Shown here one piece after another: positions 1 through 6,458 of a stretch of DNA of 10,335 bases. Within the stretch, counting starts at the first letter, position 1, and every line of letters starts with the position of its first letter. The stretch spans positions 1 to 10,335 of the forward strand of contig JBDRGF010000049.1 in assembly GCA_043818055.1 (NCBI GenBank). Direction: 5' to 3'. The notes under the pieces are model-generated. The model was not told where the DNA came from and searched no databases. It worked only from the letters and a program-made list of their open reading frames with translations. The stretch is from Pseudomonadota bacterium. Lineage in GTDB: Bacteria > UBA10199 > 2-02-FULL-44-16 > JBDRGF01. The translations under genes were made by a program, and so were the position numbers.

Positions 1-851
1 ACTAACGTATGAAGTTCGTCGATGAAGAGGATTATATTTCCAGAGGCTGCTGAAATCTCCTTCAAGACTGCCTTGAGACGATCCTCAAATTCGCCGCGAT
101 ATTTTGCGCCGGCGACCAGAGATGCGAGATCTAGCGTAACAACCTTTTTATTAAGCAGCGTCTCGGGAACATCCTTTTGAATAATTCTTTGAGCAAGTCC
201 CTCGACTATCGCAGTCTTCCCAACACCCGGTTCGCCTATCAGTACAGGATTATTCTTGGTACGACGGGAGAGAACGTGGATGACCCGGCGAATCTCATCA
301 TCGCGACCGATCACAGGATCGAGCTGACCGCTTCTGGCAAGGTCGGTGAGATCGCGGCCATATTTTTTCAACGCCTGGTATTTCCCTTCAGGATCCTGAT
401 CGGTCACGCGATGCACACCGCGAAGATCCTGCAACGCCTTTAAAAGCAGATCCTTGCTCAAACCATTTCCACGCAGAATCTCTGAGGCCTTGCATTTTTT
501 CTCCTCCACCATGGCGAGGAGTATGTGTTCATTCGAGACATATTCATCATGCAGATCCGTTGCTTCCTTAAATGCATTATCCATGATCTTCTTGAGAGAA
601 TTTGAAATATATACGCCCTCCGAACCACTTACCTGTGGAAGGTTGTGCAATGAATTTTCAAGCCTCTCCCTTATGATGGATGTATCGATGCCGATCTTCT
701 GAAAGAGAGCTGGCACAACACCACCCTCCTGCTCGAGCATCGCAAGCAACAGATGCTCGGGCTGAATCTCCTGCTGATTTTTCGCTCCAGCTAAATCCTG
801 AGCTGCCTGAAAGGCCTCCTGGGCTTTAATAGTCAATTTGTCCAATCTCAT
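1..851 (-). CDS. clpB: ATP-dependent chaperone ClpB, N-terminal part (runs off the left edge of the window)
   Basis: Manual minus-strand translation from ATG at 851: [21 protein letters not shown]...PEHLLLAML...[47 protein letters not shown]...[13 protein letters not shown]...LFIDELHT. This is the Clp N-domain plus NBD1 Walker A/B. SD AAGGAG at 863-858. Confidence 0.95.
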   Translation of the reverse strand, partial: MRLDKLTIKAQEAFQAAQDLAGAKNQQEIQPEHLLLAMLEQEGGVVPALFQKIGIDTSIIRERLENSLHNLPQVSGSEGVYISNSLKKIMDNAFKEATDLHDEYVSNEHILLAMVEEKKCKASEILRGNGLSKDLLLKALQDLRGVHRVTDQDPEGKYQALKKYGRDLTDLARSGQLDPVIGRDDEIRRVIHVLSRRTKNNPVLIGEPGVGKTAIVEGLAQRIIQKDVPETLLNKKVVTLDLASLVAGAKYRGEFEDRLKAVLKEISAASGNIILFIDELHTL

Positions 852-912
852 AGTTAACTCCTTGATTTTAAATCAATAAATAGCATTATCAAATTCATTT
901 CCTACCTTGATA

Positions 913-1042
913 GAGGCTGTTGCTGAATTAACTCCCCTCCTTGATAAGGAGGGGCTGGGGGAGGTAAGTATTTGATTTATGCAGTTTCTCGACCCCCTCC
1001 ACCTCCCCCTTATTAAGGGGGAGCGACTTCAGCAACAGGCAC
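913..1042. mobile_element. MITE-like element (130 bp) with 15-bp imperfect terminal inverted repeats, carrying an inverted pair of G/C-rich REP-like hairpins
   Basis: Left end GAGGCTGTTGCTGAA (913-927); right end 1028-1042 reverse-complements to GTGCCTGTTGCTGAA (13/15 match). Internal hairpins CCCCTCCTT-GAT-AAGGAGGGG (934-954) and CTCCCCCTT-ATT-AAGGGGGAG (1003-1023) lie in inverted units 932-965 and 992-1023. Confidence 0.75.
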
Positions 1043-1078
1043 TTACGCGCGAATGACATTTTTTACTATCTATCATTA

Positions 1079-1105
1079 ATATGGGGACAAATCGACAAGA
1101 ATCAA
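1079..1105 (-). promoter_or_regulatory. Putative sigma32 (RpoH)-type heat-shock promoter of clpB
   Basis: Minus strand reads TTGATT-N13-CCCCATAT, versus the RpoH consensus TTGAAA-N13/14-CCCCATnT. It points toward clpB, a classic heat-shock gene. Confidence 0.75.
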
Positions 1106-1114
1106 TACCGGGTG

Positions 1115-1143
1115 TTGACTGTGAAGGGAGAACTGTTTAGAAG
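1115..1143 (+). promoter_or_regulatory. Putative sigma70-type promoter of the hydro-lyase operon
   Basis: TTGACT (1115-1120)-N17-TAGAAG (1138-1143); the ATG follows 6 nt later at 1150. Confidence 0.4.
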
Positions 1144-1149
1144 AGTTTT

Positions 1150-1980
1150 ATGAAAGAACTGAAGAATTCCATTTTTGATCTTATTAAAAAGACCTCAACT
1201 GAGCTAGCTGATGATGTTGTCGCGGCTATGAAAAAAGCCTCGGAGCATGAGAAGGATGAACTCGCAATAACTACCCTCAACGATATTATAAAAAATATTG
1301 ATCTCGCAAAAAAAAACCAACTTCCGATCTGTCAGGATACTGGAACACCTCACTTTTTTATCGAAATTCCTGATGGATTCAAACAGCTCTCTTTAAGAGA
1401 CTCTATTCAATCTGCTTATGAAGAAGCTATTGTAAAAGGCCTTTTGCGCGACAATCTCAAAAAACCTCATATTCATATTGATGTAACTGATTCTTCATCT
1501 GTTTCAATCAGGCTTCTTTTAAAAGGTGGTGGATCTGAAAATGTGAGTGCACAATATTCGCTGCCGGATAAGCGAATCAATGCTCAGCGTGATGTGGATG
1601 GTGTGAGGAGAGCTCTTCTCGATGCGATCTACAAGGCGCAAGGGCGCGGCTGCTCGCCCGGCATCATCGGTGTATGTATCGGCGCCGATCGTGCAAAGGG
1701 CTATGAACTTGCTATGCGGGAGCTGCTAAGAAAGATTGATGATACCAATTCCGATGATGCACTTGCCAAATTCGAACTTAAGATCGTGAATGACGCAAAT
1801 AGTCTTGGCATTGGACCAATCGGTGTCGGCGGCAATTCCACTCTCCTCTCTTGTAAGATCACTGAGCACGAACGCCATCCTGCGAAGTTTTTTGTCAGCA
1901 TCGCTTACTGTTGCTGGGCTTTGAGACGGCAGGGAATAGAACTCAATAAAGATGGGGGGATTGAAAAATGGCTGTATTAA
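1150..1980 (+). CDS. Fe-S hydro-lyase, class I fumarate hydratase / tartrate dehydratase alpha subunit
   Basis: Family motifs PICQDTG, KGGGSEN, GRGCSPGIIGVCIG, LGIGPIGVGG and YCCWALRR. Overlaps the start of the beta-subunit gene by 13 nt. Confidence 0.93.
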   Translation: MKELKNSIFDLIKKTSTELADDVVAAMKKASEHEKDELAITTLNDIIKNIDLAKKNQLPICQDTGTPHFFIEIPDGFKQLSLRDSIQSAYEEAIVKGLLRDNLKKPHIHIDVTDSSSVSIRLLLKGGGSENVSAQYSLPDKRINAQRDVDGVRRALLDAIYKAQGRGCSPGIIGVCIGADRAKGYELAMRELLRKIDDTNSDDALAKFELKIVNDANSLGIGPIGVGGNSTLLSCKITEHERHPAKFFVSIAYCCWALRRQGIELNKDGGIEKWLY

Positions 1981-2687
1981 ATCCTCCGATTTCAGATGAA
2001 CAGGTTCAAAAACTCAAAGTAAGGGATCAAGTTCAGATCACAGGCACCATTTATACGATGCGGGATAAGGCGCACAAATATATAGTTGAGGGCGGAGAAC
2101 TGCCTTTTGATTTAAATGGGGGGGTGATTTTTCATTGTGGACCTATAATATCCCCCTCACCCATAGAGGCTGTCAGAAAATGTATTAATGTAGGGGTCGG
2201 CCCCTGTGCCGATCCGTTAAAACCCGGGCAGCCACAGGGGGCTGCCCCTACAAAAAGTAAAACATGTTGTTTTCAGACAGCCTCGCTAAGCTGTAGGGTC
2301 ATTGCGGCGGGGCCGACAACCTCTATGAGGATGGAGGACTTTGAGGCAGATGTTATAGAAAGGCTTAGGATAAAGGCGATTATCGGCAAGGGGGGTATGG
2401 GAGAGAGAACGACAAAGGCCTGCAAAGATTTTGGGTGTCTCTATCTGCAGGTGACAGGGGGTGCCGCCCAGCTAATAGCTTCACACATCGTGGCTGTTAA
2501 GGGTGTTTATTTTCTTAAAGAATTTGGGACTGCGGATGCGATCTGGGTGCTAGAAGTTAAAAATCTGCCGACTATAGTGACAATCGATTCGCATGGAAAT
2601 AATTTGCATGAGAAGATTAAATCCTTATCTAGTAAGAAATTGAAAAACTTACTAAGAAATAAAATCACCAATCACAAAGAAAATTGA
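1968..2687 (+). CDS. Fe-S hydro-lyase, class I fumarate hydratase / tartrate dehydratase beta subunit, with an in-frame repeat-derived insertion
   Basis: Motifs TGTIYTMRDKAH, FHCGP, AAGPTTSMRM, IIGKGGM, GGAA and IDSHGNNLH. About 40 extra residues lie between HCGPII and RVIAAGPTTS. SD-like GGGGGG upstream. Confidence 0.93.
   Translation: MAVLNPPISDEQVQKLKVRDQVQITGTIYTMRDKAHKYIVEGGELPFDLNGGVIFHCGPIISPSPIEAVRKCINVGVGPCADPLKPGQPQGAAPTKSKTCCFQTASLSCRVIAAGPTTSMRMEDFEADVIERLRIKAIIGKGGMGERTTKACKDFGCLYLQVTGGAAQLIASHIVAVKGVYFLKEFGTADAIWVLEVKNLPTIVTIDSHGNNLHEKIKSLSSKKLKNLLRNKITNHKEN
2166..2284. mobile_element. MITE-like element (119 bp) inside the beta-subunit CDS
   Basis: Left end GAGGCTGTCAGAAAA (2166-2180); right end TTTTCAGACAGCCTC (2270-2284) reverse-complements to GAGGCTGTCTGAAAA (14/15 match). 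It coincides with the non-homologous protein segment, aa 67-106. No clean target-site duplication. Confidence 0.85.
2189..2252. repeat. Inverted pair of GTAG-family REP sequences (REPIN-like) nested in the MITE-like element
   Basis: TGTAG-GGGTCGGC-CCCTGT-GCCGATCC (2189-2215) and, on the minus strand, TGTAG-GGGCAGCC-CCCTGT-GGCTGCCC (2252-2226). Same GTAG foot and loop; different but self-complementary stems. Confidence 0.88.
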
Positions 2688-3600
2688 TTTGATCCTGAAT
2701 GTATTGAAGCAATCCTCCCGTCTGAAGTGCCTTTCCTACGATGAAGTACTTATGACGATTCAGAAGTTTTGCAATTAACTCTTTTCCACGAGATAGACAA
2801 AAATCATGGACATGAGCGATCTTCTCGATAATCCCAGGCATCTCCTGAATTACCTTATCATAATATTCTTCAAGTCTCCCAGTTTCTATTGCATATAAAG
2901 TCATGTAACTGAATGTATTATCAAGCATATCTGCCAGATCGAACTTGCCCTCAGATTCCCATTCCTTAATTTGCTTTTGTTTTCTTTCCAACATTTTTTT
3001 AAGCGACTCTGCAACTTCAACGACATAGTCCTCACCCTTTCCAAATTTAATACAATGGCACACTATTTCATTGATGTTAAATGTAAACAAATCCCGTGCA
3101 TCATTTTCCTCTGAAGATAACAACCCCTCTTTAATTTCATCGAATTTCATATATATAGAGGGTAATGTTTTAATAAGAGTGTCGATATAGGCTTCATCAG
3201 ATCCGATTTCTAATATTCGATCGACTACTAAATTACCAAAACAATCAAGGTCCTCGGCAATTCTTCGATTTAGTTCGCTTCCAGTCTCTCTCAATTCAGT
3301 TGCCACAGATTCGATTAAAACCTCGAAGTAATCGACTATTCCTCCATTGGATTCAACATCATCATTGAACGCAGGTGTTTCATGGATTCGATCCGGAGTT
3401 AGAGGAATGCCATTAGCCCACACTCGTCCACCCATAGTAATATCCGTTTTGACAAATTTTTGTAAGCTGGAAAGACAGATATTCCTAAATGGATGCCTTT
3501 GAAAAGAGTCTATCGGATCTGAACGAAGATAAGGTACAAAATGCTCCGTTTGCATTTTAACACTATTCAACAAAATATTTTTATAGTGAATGGCCACCAC
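2665..3600 (-). CDS. Hypothetical protein (acidic, probably alpha-helical)
   Basis: 311-codon ORF. SD GAGGAG upstream of tandem GTG codons (start 3600 or 3597). Preceded by the shared promoter-like motif. Its 3' end overlaps the convergent beta-subunit gene by 23 nt. No family recognised. Confidence 0.8.
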   Translation of the reverse strand: MVAIHYKNILLNSVKMQTEHFVPYLRSDPIDSFQRHPFRNICLSSLQKFVKTDITMGGRVWANGIPLTPDRIHETPAFNDDVESNGGIVDYFEVLIESVATELRETGSELNRRIAEDLDCFGNLVVDRILEIGSDEAYIDTLIKTLPSIYMKFDEIKEGLLSSEENDARDLFTFNINEIVCHCIKFGKGEDYVVEVAESLKKMLERKQKQIKEWESEGKFDLADMLDNTFSYMTLYAIETGRLEEYYDKVIQEMPGIIEKIAHVHDFCLSRGKELIAKLLNRHKYFIVGKALQTGGLLQYIQDQINFLCDW

Positions 3601-3610
3601 ATAGCTCCTC

Positions 3611-3626
3611 TTGATAATATTATCAA
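3611..3626. promoter_or_regulatory. Perfect 16-bp palindrome (operator or 5' hairpin candidate)
   Basis: TTGATAATATTATCAA lies between the -10-like element and the SD of the 311-aa ORF. Confidence 0.45.
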
Positions 3627-3631
3627 AGGGG

Positions 3632-3661
3632 TTATCGGCTGATGATCATAAAAAGTTGCTA
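3632..3661 (-). promoter_or_regulatory. Putative alternative-sigma (sigma28/FliA-like -10) promoter, copy 1
   Basis: Minus strand TAGCAACTT-tttatgatcat-CAGCCGATAA. Identical boxes and spacing recur at 10029-10058. GCCGATAA is the sigma28 -10 consensus. Confidence 0.75.
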
Positions 3662-4414
3662 TCTTTTTATCTTAAGGTGATTAGTGGAACAGGTATCTTT
3701 TTTGGGGCCTTTTGGAAAGATATTCATAAGCTCATGAACACCCGGGTACCCCTCAGGATCAGGAAGCGAGAGCTCATGATATGATTGAATTGCACTTCGA
3801 AACATCGTCTCAACTCTCTTTGCAACATCTATTTTCCAATCCTCCACTATAGTGCGGTGCAATGATGAGCATATACAATCGTAACGTTCATGCTCTGCAA
3901 GATATCTCCAAAGATGGCAAGTTCCTCGTTCTATAGCCGCATCCACTTCAGCCGGAACTTCTTTATCAAAAAATGACCTCGCTATGCTCAAAAGCACTCC
4001 CACGAGAGAGGAATTTTCATACATCACATGTTCGCCATCGTAAAATAAAAGTTCCGCACTATCCACAGCAGCTCTGGCCACTATTTCACAGCTTATTCCC
4101 TGATCCTGAGATAATTCCAATAAAAACGACCTGTTTGTGAAAAAGATGACCAGCCCTTCAGCAATATCAGCCATGATATCTGAAAAATGATCCAGAAAGA
4201 TACGTCCCCTCTTATCATTTATCTGCACACCAATTTCGATCGATTCTCTCCATAAATTTGAAACATTTGATAAGATAATTGGATATGGTGAGCTGATCGA
4301 ATCAGCCTGAGGCTTGTGTTTCCATGAAGATGATCTATGTTCAAGCCGTCTCATCTCATATCCAAATTGTGCAGTAAAATATAGAGGTCTCGAAAAATTT
4401 ATTACCCCGATCAT
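3659..4414 (-). CDS. Hypothetical protein
   Basis: 251-codon ORF with SD-like GGGGG upstream of the ATG. It fills the gap between the degP terminator and the next gene. No family recognised. Confidence 0.72.
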   Translation of the reverse strand: MIGVINFSRPLYFTAQFGYEMRRLEHRSSSWKHKPQADSISSPYPIILSNVSNLWRESIEIGVQINDKRGRIFLDHFSDIMADIAEGLVIFFTNRSFLLELSQDQGISCEIVARAAVDSAELLFYDGEHVMYENSSLVGVLLSIARSFFDKEVPAEVDAAIERGTCHLWRYLAEHERYDCICSSLHRTIVEDWKIDVAKRVETMFRSAIQSYHELSLPDPEGYPGVHELMNIFPKGPKKDTCSTNHLKIKR

Positions 4415-4435
4415 TATTATCCCCCAAGCTTATAC

Positions 4436-4461
4436 AAAAAAGGGCTCATCGATGTGAGCCC
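4436..4461 (-). terminator. Rho-independent terminator downstream of degP
   Basis: Minus strand GGGCTCA-catcga-TGAGCCC-TTTTTT, 30 nt after the degP stop codon. Confidence 0.85.
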
Positions 4462-4491
4462 CTTTAAAATTTAAAAAAGATAAAAATAATT

Positions 4492-5955
4492 TTACAGCTG
4501 AAACGCGACATAGATGCTTGAGCGGCCGCGTTTTAGAAAAATGCGGACGATCTTTCCCTCTTTGAGCTGATCAACTACCTTTCGGTATTCCTCAATAGTC
4601 GATATCTTCGCCTGATTTATCTCCAATATCACATCCCCCGATCTGATCCCTGCAGACATCGCAGGAGAACCTGACTCGACATTCTTAACCACAACTCCCT
4701 TGAAATTAGCGGGGACATCGAGGGTATCTCTGTCCTCCAGTGTGATCGTCCTTGCTATTAATCCGATTTTGTCAGCTTTGTTACTGCCTGCTACAATCGT
4801 CTCGCTCTCCTCATTCCATGTTCCGATCGTAACTGAAGTTGTCATTTTTTTCTTGTCGCGTAGATATTCAAGATCAAGCTTGGTATCCGGCTTCGTGTTT
4901 CCAATGATGACAGCCAGCCCCTGTGGTGCATCAATCTTTTCCTTCCCAACTTTTAAGATAATATCCCCTCTTTGCAAACCTGCTTTGGCGGCAGGCGAAT
5001 TATTTACCACCTCGGAAAGAAGCACCCCTTCAGGCTTATCCATGTCAAACGATTTAGCCAGATCCTCGTCTATGATCTGAGTCACAACACCCAGCCAGCC
5101 CCTCGATACTTTTCCTTTCGAGATCAGGTCGGGAATGAGTCTTTCGATAAGCTTGCTCGGTATGGCAAAACCGATACCCTGAGCATTTGCAAAGATCATG
5201 GTGTTCATCCCTATGACTTTACCCTCCATATTGAAAAGAGGACCACCGCTATTTCCAGGATTGATCGAACAGTCGGTCTGAATGAACTTTGCAATTGGTC
5301 CTTGTCCGACCATGCGTCCGATAGCGCTGACAACACCAACTGTAACGGTATGACCGAGTCCAAATGGATTGCCTATCGCCATGACCCATTCTCCGGGCCG
5401 CAGGTTGTCGGAATTTCCAAATTCGAGATATGGAAGATCTCCCTTCGCATCTATTCTGATCACGGCTATATCCCGCGTATCATCGCCACCTACAACCTTT
5501 GCCTTAAACTTTCTTCCATCGGAAAGCTTGACTGTTATATCGTCCGCCATTCCTACGACATGATAGTTTGTGATTATATCACCGTTTTTGTTGATGATAA
5601 AGCCTGAGCCTAAGCTCTTAAGTTCTTGCTCCTGTGGCATCTGACCGCCAAAAAACTTATCGAAAAAATCATCAAATTGATCTTTTGGACCGAACCTTCC
5701 AAATGGCGACGGCATAGCCCTTCTTTTAAGCGTCTGACTTGTTGAGATATTGACAACGGACGTCTGAACCTTCTCAGCCAGATCTGCAAATGAGAAGGCT
5801 GGAATCACAATCTTTTTCTCAGGTTCGTCGGTCTTAAACCATGAGGCCAATTTTACCTGACCATCATATTGGCTTGCCTCTGCTATTGAAAATGAGATCA
5901 AAACTATAATCATCAAGAGCGAGCTTAAGAGACCCAATAACGATTTTTTCTTCAT
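4492..5955 (-). CDS. degP: Periplasmic HtrA/DegP/DegQ (Do family) serine endoprotease with two PDZ domains
   Basis: Signal peptide MKKKSLLGLLSSLLMIIVLISFSIAEA; motifs SLGSGFII, ITNYHVV, DIAVI and IQTDCSINPGNSGGPL; two PDZ domains (SPAAKAGLQRGDII, SPAMSAGIRSGDVI); SD AGGAGG. DegP and DegQ cannot be distinguished by eye. Confidence 0.95.
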   Translation of the reverse strand: MKKKSLLGLLSSLLMIIVLISFSIAEASQYDGQVKLASWFKTDEPEKKIVIPAFSFADLAEKVQTSVVNISTSQTLKRRAMPSPFGRFGPKDQFDDFFDKFFGGQMPQEQELKSLGSGFIINKNGDIITNYHVVGMADDITVKLSDGRKFKAKVVGGDDTRDIAVIRIDAKGDLPYLEFGNSDNLRPGEWVMAIGNPFGLGHTVTVGVVSAIGRMVGQGPIAKFIQTDCSINPGNSGGPLFNMEGKVIGMNTMIFANAQGIGFAIPSKLIERLIPDLISKGKVSRGWLGVVTQIIDEDLAKSFDMDKPEGVLLSEVVNNSPAAKAGLQRGDIILKVGKEKIDAPQGLAVIIGNTKPDTKLDLEYLRDKKKMTTSVTIGTWNEESETIVAGSNKADKIGLIARTITLEDRDTLDVPANFKGVVVKNVESGSPAMSAGIRSGDVILEINQAKISTIEEYRKVVDQLKEGKIVRIFLKRGRSSIYVAFQL

Positions 5956-6008
5956 AAACCCTCCTATAAAATCGATCTTTGGTGGTTTAAATTTTAATTC
6001 GATAAAAA

Positions 6009-6305
6009 TTACTTCGAAAGTTCCAAAAATTTCAATCGCAGATCGTAGAGCAGGTGTTCGATAAGCCTCAACTCATTATCATCGAGGTTTCCCTTAGTCT
6101 TCACCTCCAGCACTCCAATAATATCTATAGTCTGTTTTGCCAGAGTTAAGTCCTTCTCGACACCTCCTGTCACAGGGTTTGGAACTGTACCGAGATGAAC
6201 CTGCGCTGATGAAGCTAGCGAGAGGACGAATGTAGAAAAGTCTATTGGCTTTAGGTTATCCATATAATTGTTCTTTCCTGACTCAGTATTAGTTTTTTCA
6301 GTCAT
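6009..6305 (-). CDS. DUF1844 domain-containing protein
   Basis: IDFSTFVLSLASSAQVHLG..P...DLTLAKQTIDIIGVLEVKTKGNL...E...LLYDLRLKF fits the DUF1844 pattern as recalled. SD AGGGGG. Likely co-transcribed with degP (53-nt gap). Confidence 0.88.
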   Translation of the reverse strand: MTEKTNTESGKNNYMDNLKPIDFSTFVLSLASSAQVHLGTVPNPVTGGVEKDLTLAKQTIDIIGVLEVKTKGNLDDNELRLIEHLLYDLRLKFLELSK

Positions 6306-6331
6306 CGAACCCCCTATAAAAAACGCCTCCG

Positions 6332-6360
6332 ATTTAAACTTAAGTGGCGAACTATGTCAA
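6332..6360 (-). promoter_or_regulatory. Putative sigma70-type promoter for DUF1844-degP
   Basis: Minus strand perfect TTGACA (6360-6355)-N17-TTAAAT; the -10 is imperfect. Confidence 0.4.
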
Positions 6361-6376
6361 GATGCGAAACATCCCA

Positions 6377-6395
6377 TTCCACCCCGGAGGTGGAA
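6377..6395. repeat. Mini-hairpin related to the one nested at 7402-7416
   Basis: TTCCACC-CCGGA-GGTGGAA; compare TCCACC-TCT-GGCGGA at 7402-7416. Confidence 0.45.
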
Positions 6396-6402
6396 AAGCC
6401 GC

Positions 6403-6431
6403 TTGCGCTTTTGTGAGGCATAATTTATACA
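6403..6431 (+). promoter_or_regulatory. Putative sigma70-type promoter for bamD
   Basis: TTGCGC-N17-TATACA, 27 nt before the GTG start. Confidence 0.35.
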
Positions 6432-6458
6432 ACATCTAATTAATCCAAGGAGAAAAAA

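Noticed and set aside
177..702. Plus-strand ORFs 177-443 and 454-702
   Set aside because: Antisense shadows of clpB.
1043..1059. TTACGCGCGAATGACA as the end of another REP family
   Set aside because: No partner arm identified.
852..1149. CIRCE/HrcA operator upstream of clpB
   Set aside because: No TTAGCACTC-N9-GAGTGCTAA match seen.
1701..1901. Minus-strand 66-aa ORF
   Set aside because: Antisense shadow within the hydro-lyase alpha gene.
2151..2162. TCCCCCTCACCC just left of the MITE as the remnant of an older C-rich repeat
   Set aside because: Suggestive, but only 12 nt of low complexity with no matching second half.
2166..2284. Insert interpreted as an intein, intron or CRISPR unit
   Set aside because: Too short, no intein or intron motifs, and no direct repeat-spacer periodicity. 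Inverted ends plus a REP pair explain it.
4381..4396. ATAGAGGTCTCGAAAA resembling the MITE left end
   Set aside because: Only a partial match, no partner inverted repeat seen, and it lies within a CDS.
4700..5607. Plus-strand ORFs 4700-5080, 4972-5607 and 5369-5563
   Set aside because: Antisense shadows of degP with no recognisable motifs.
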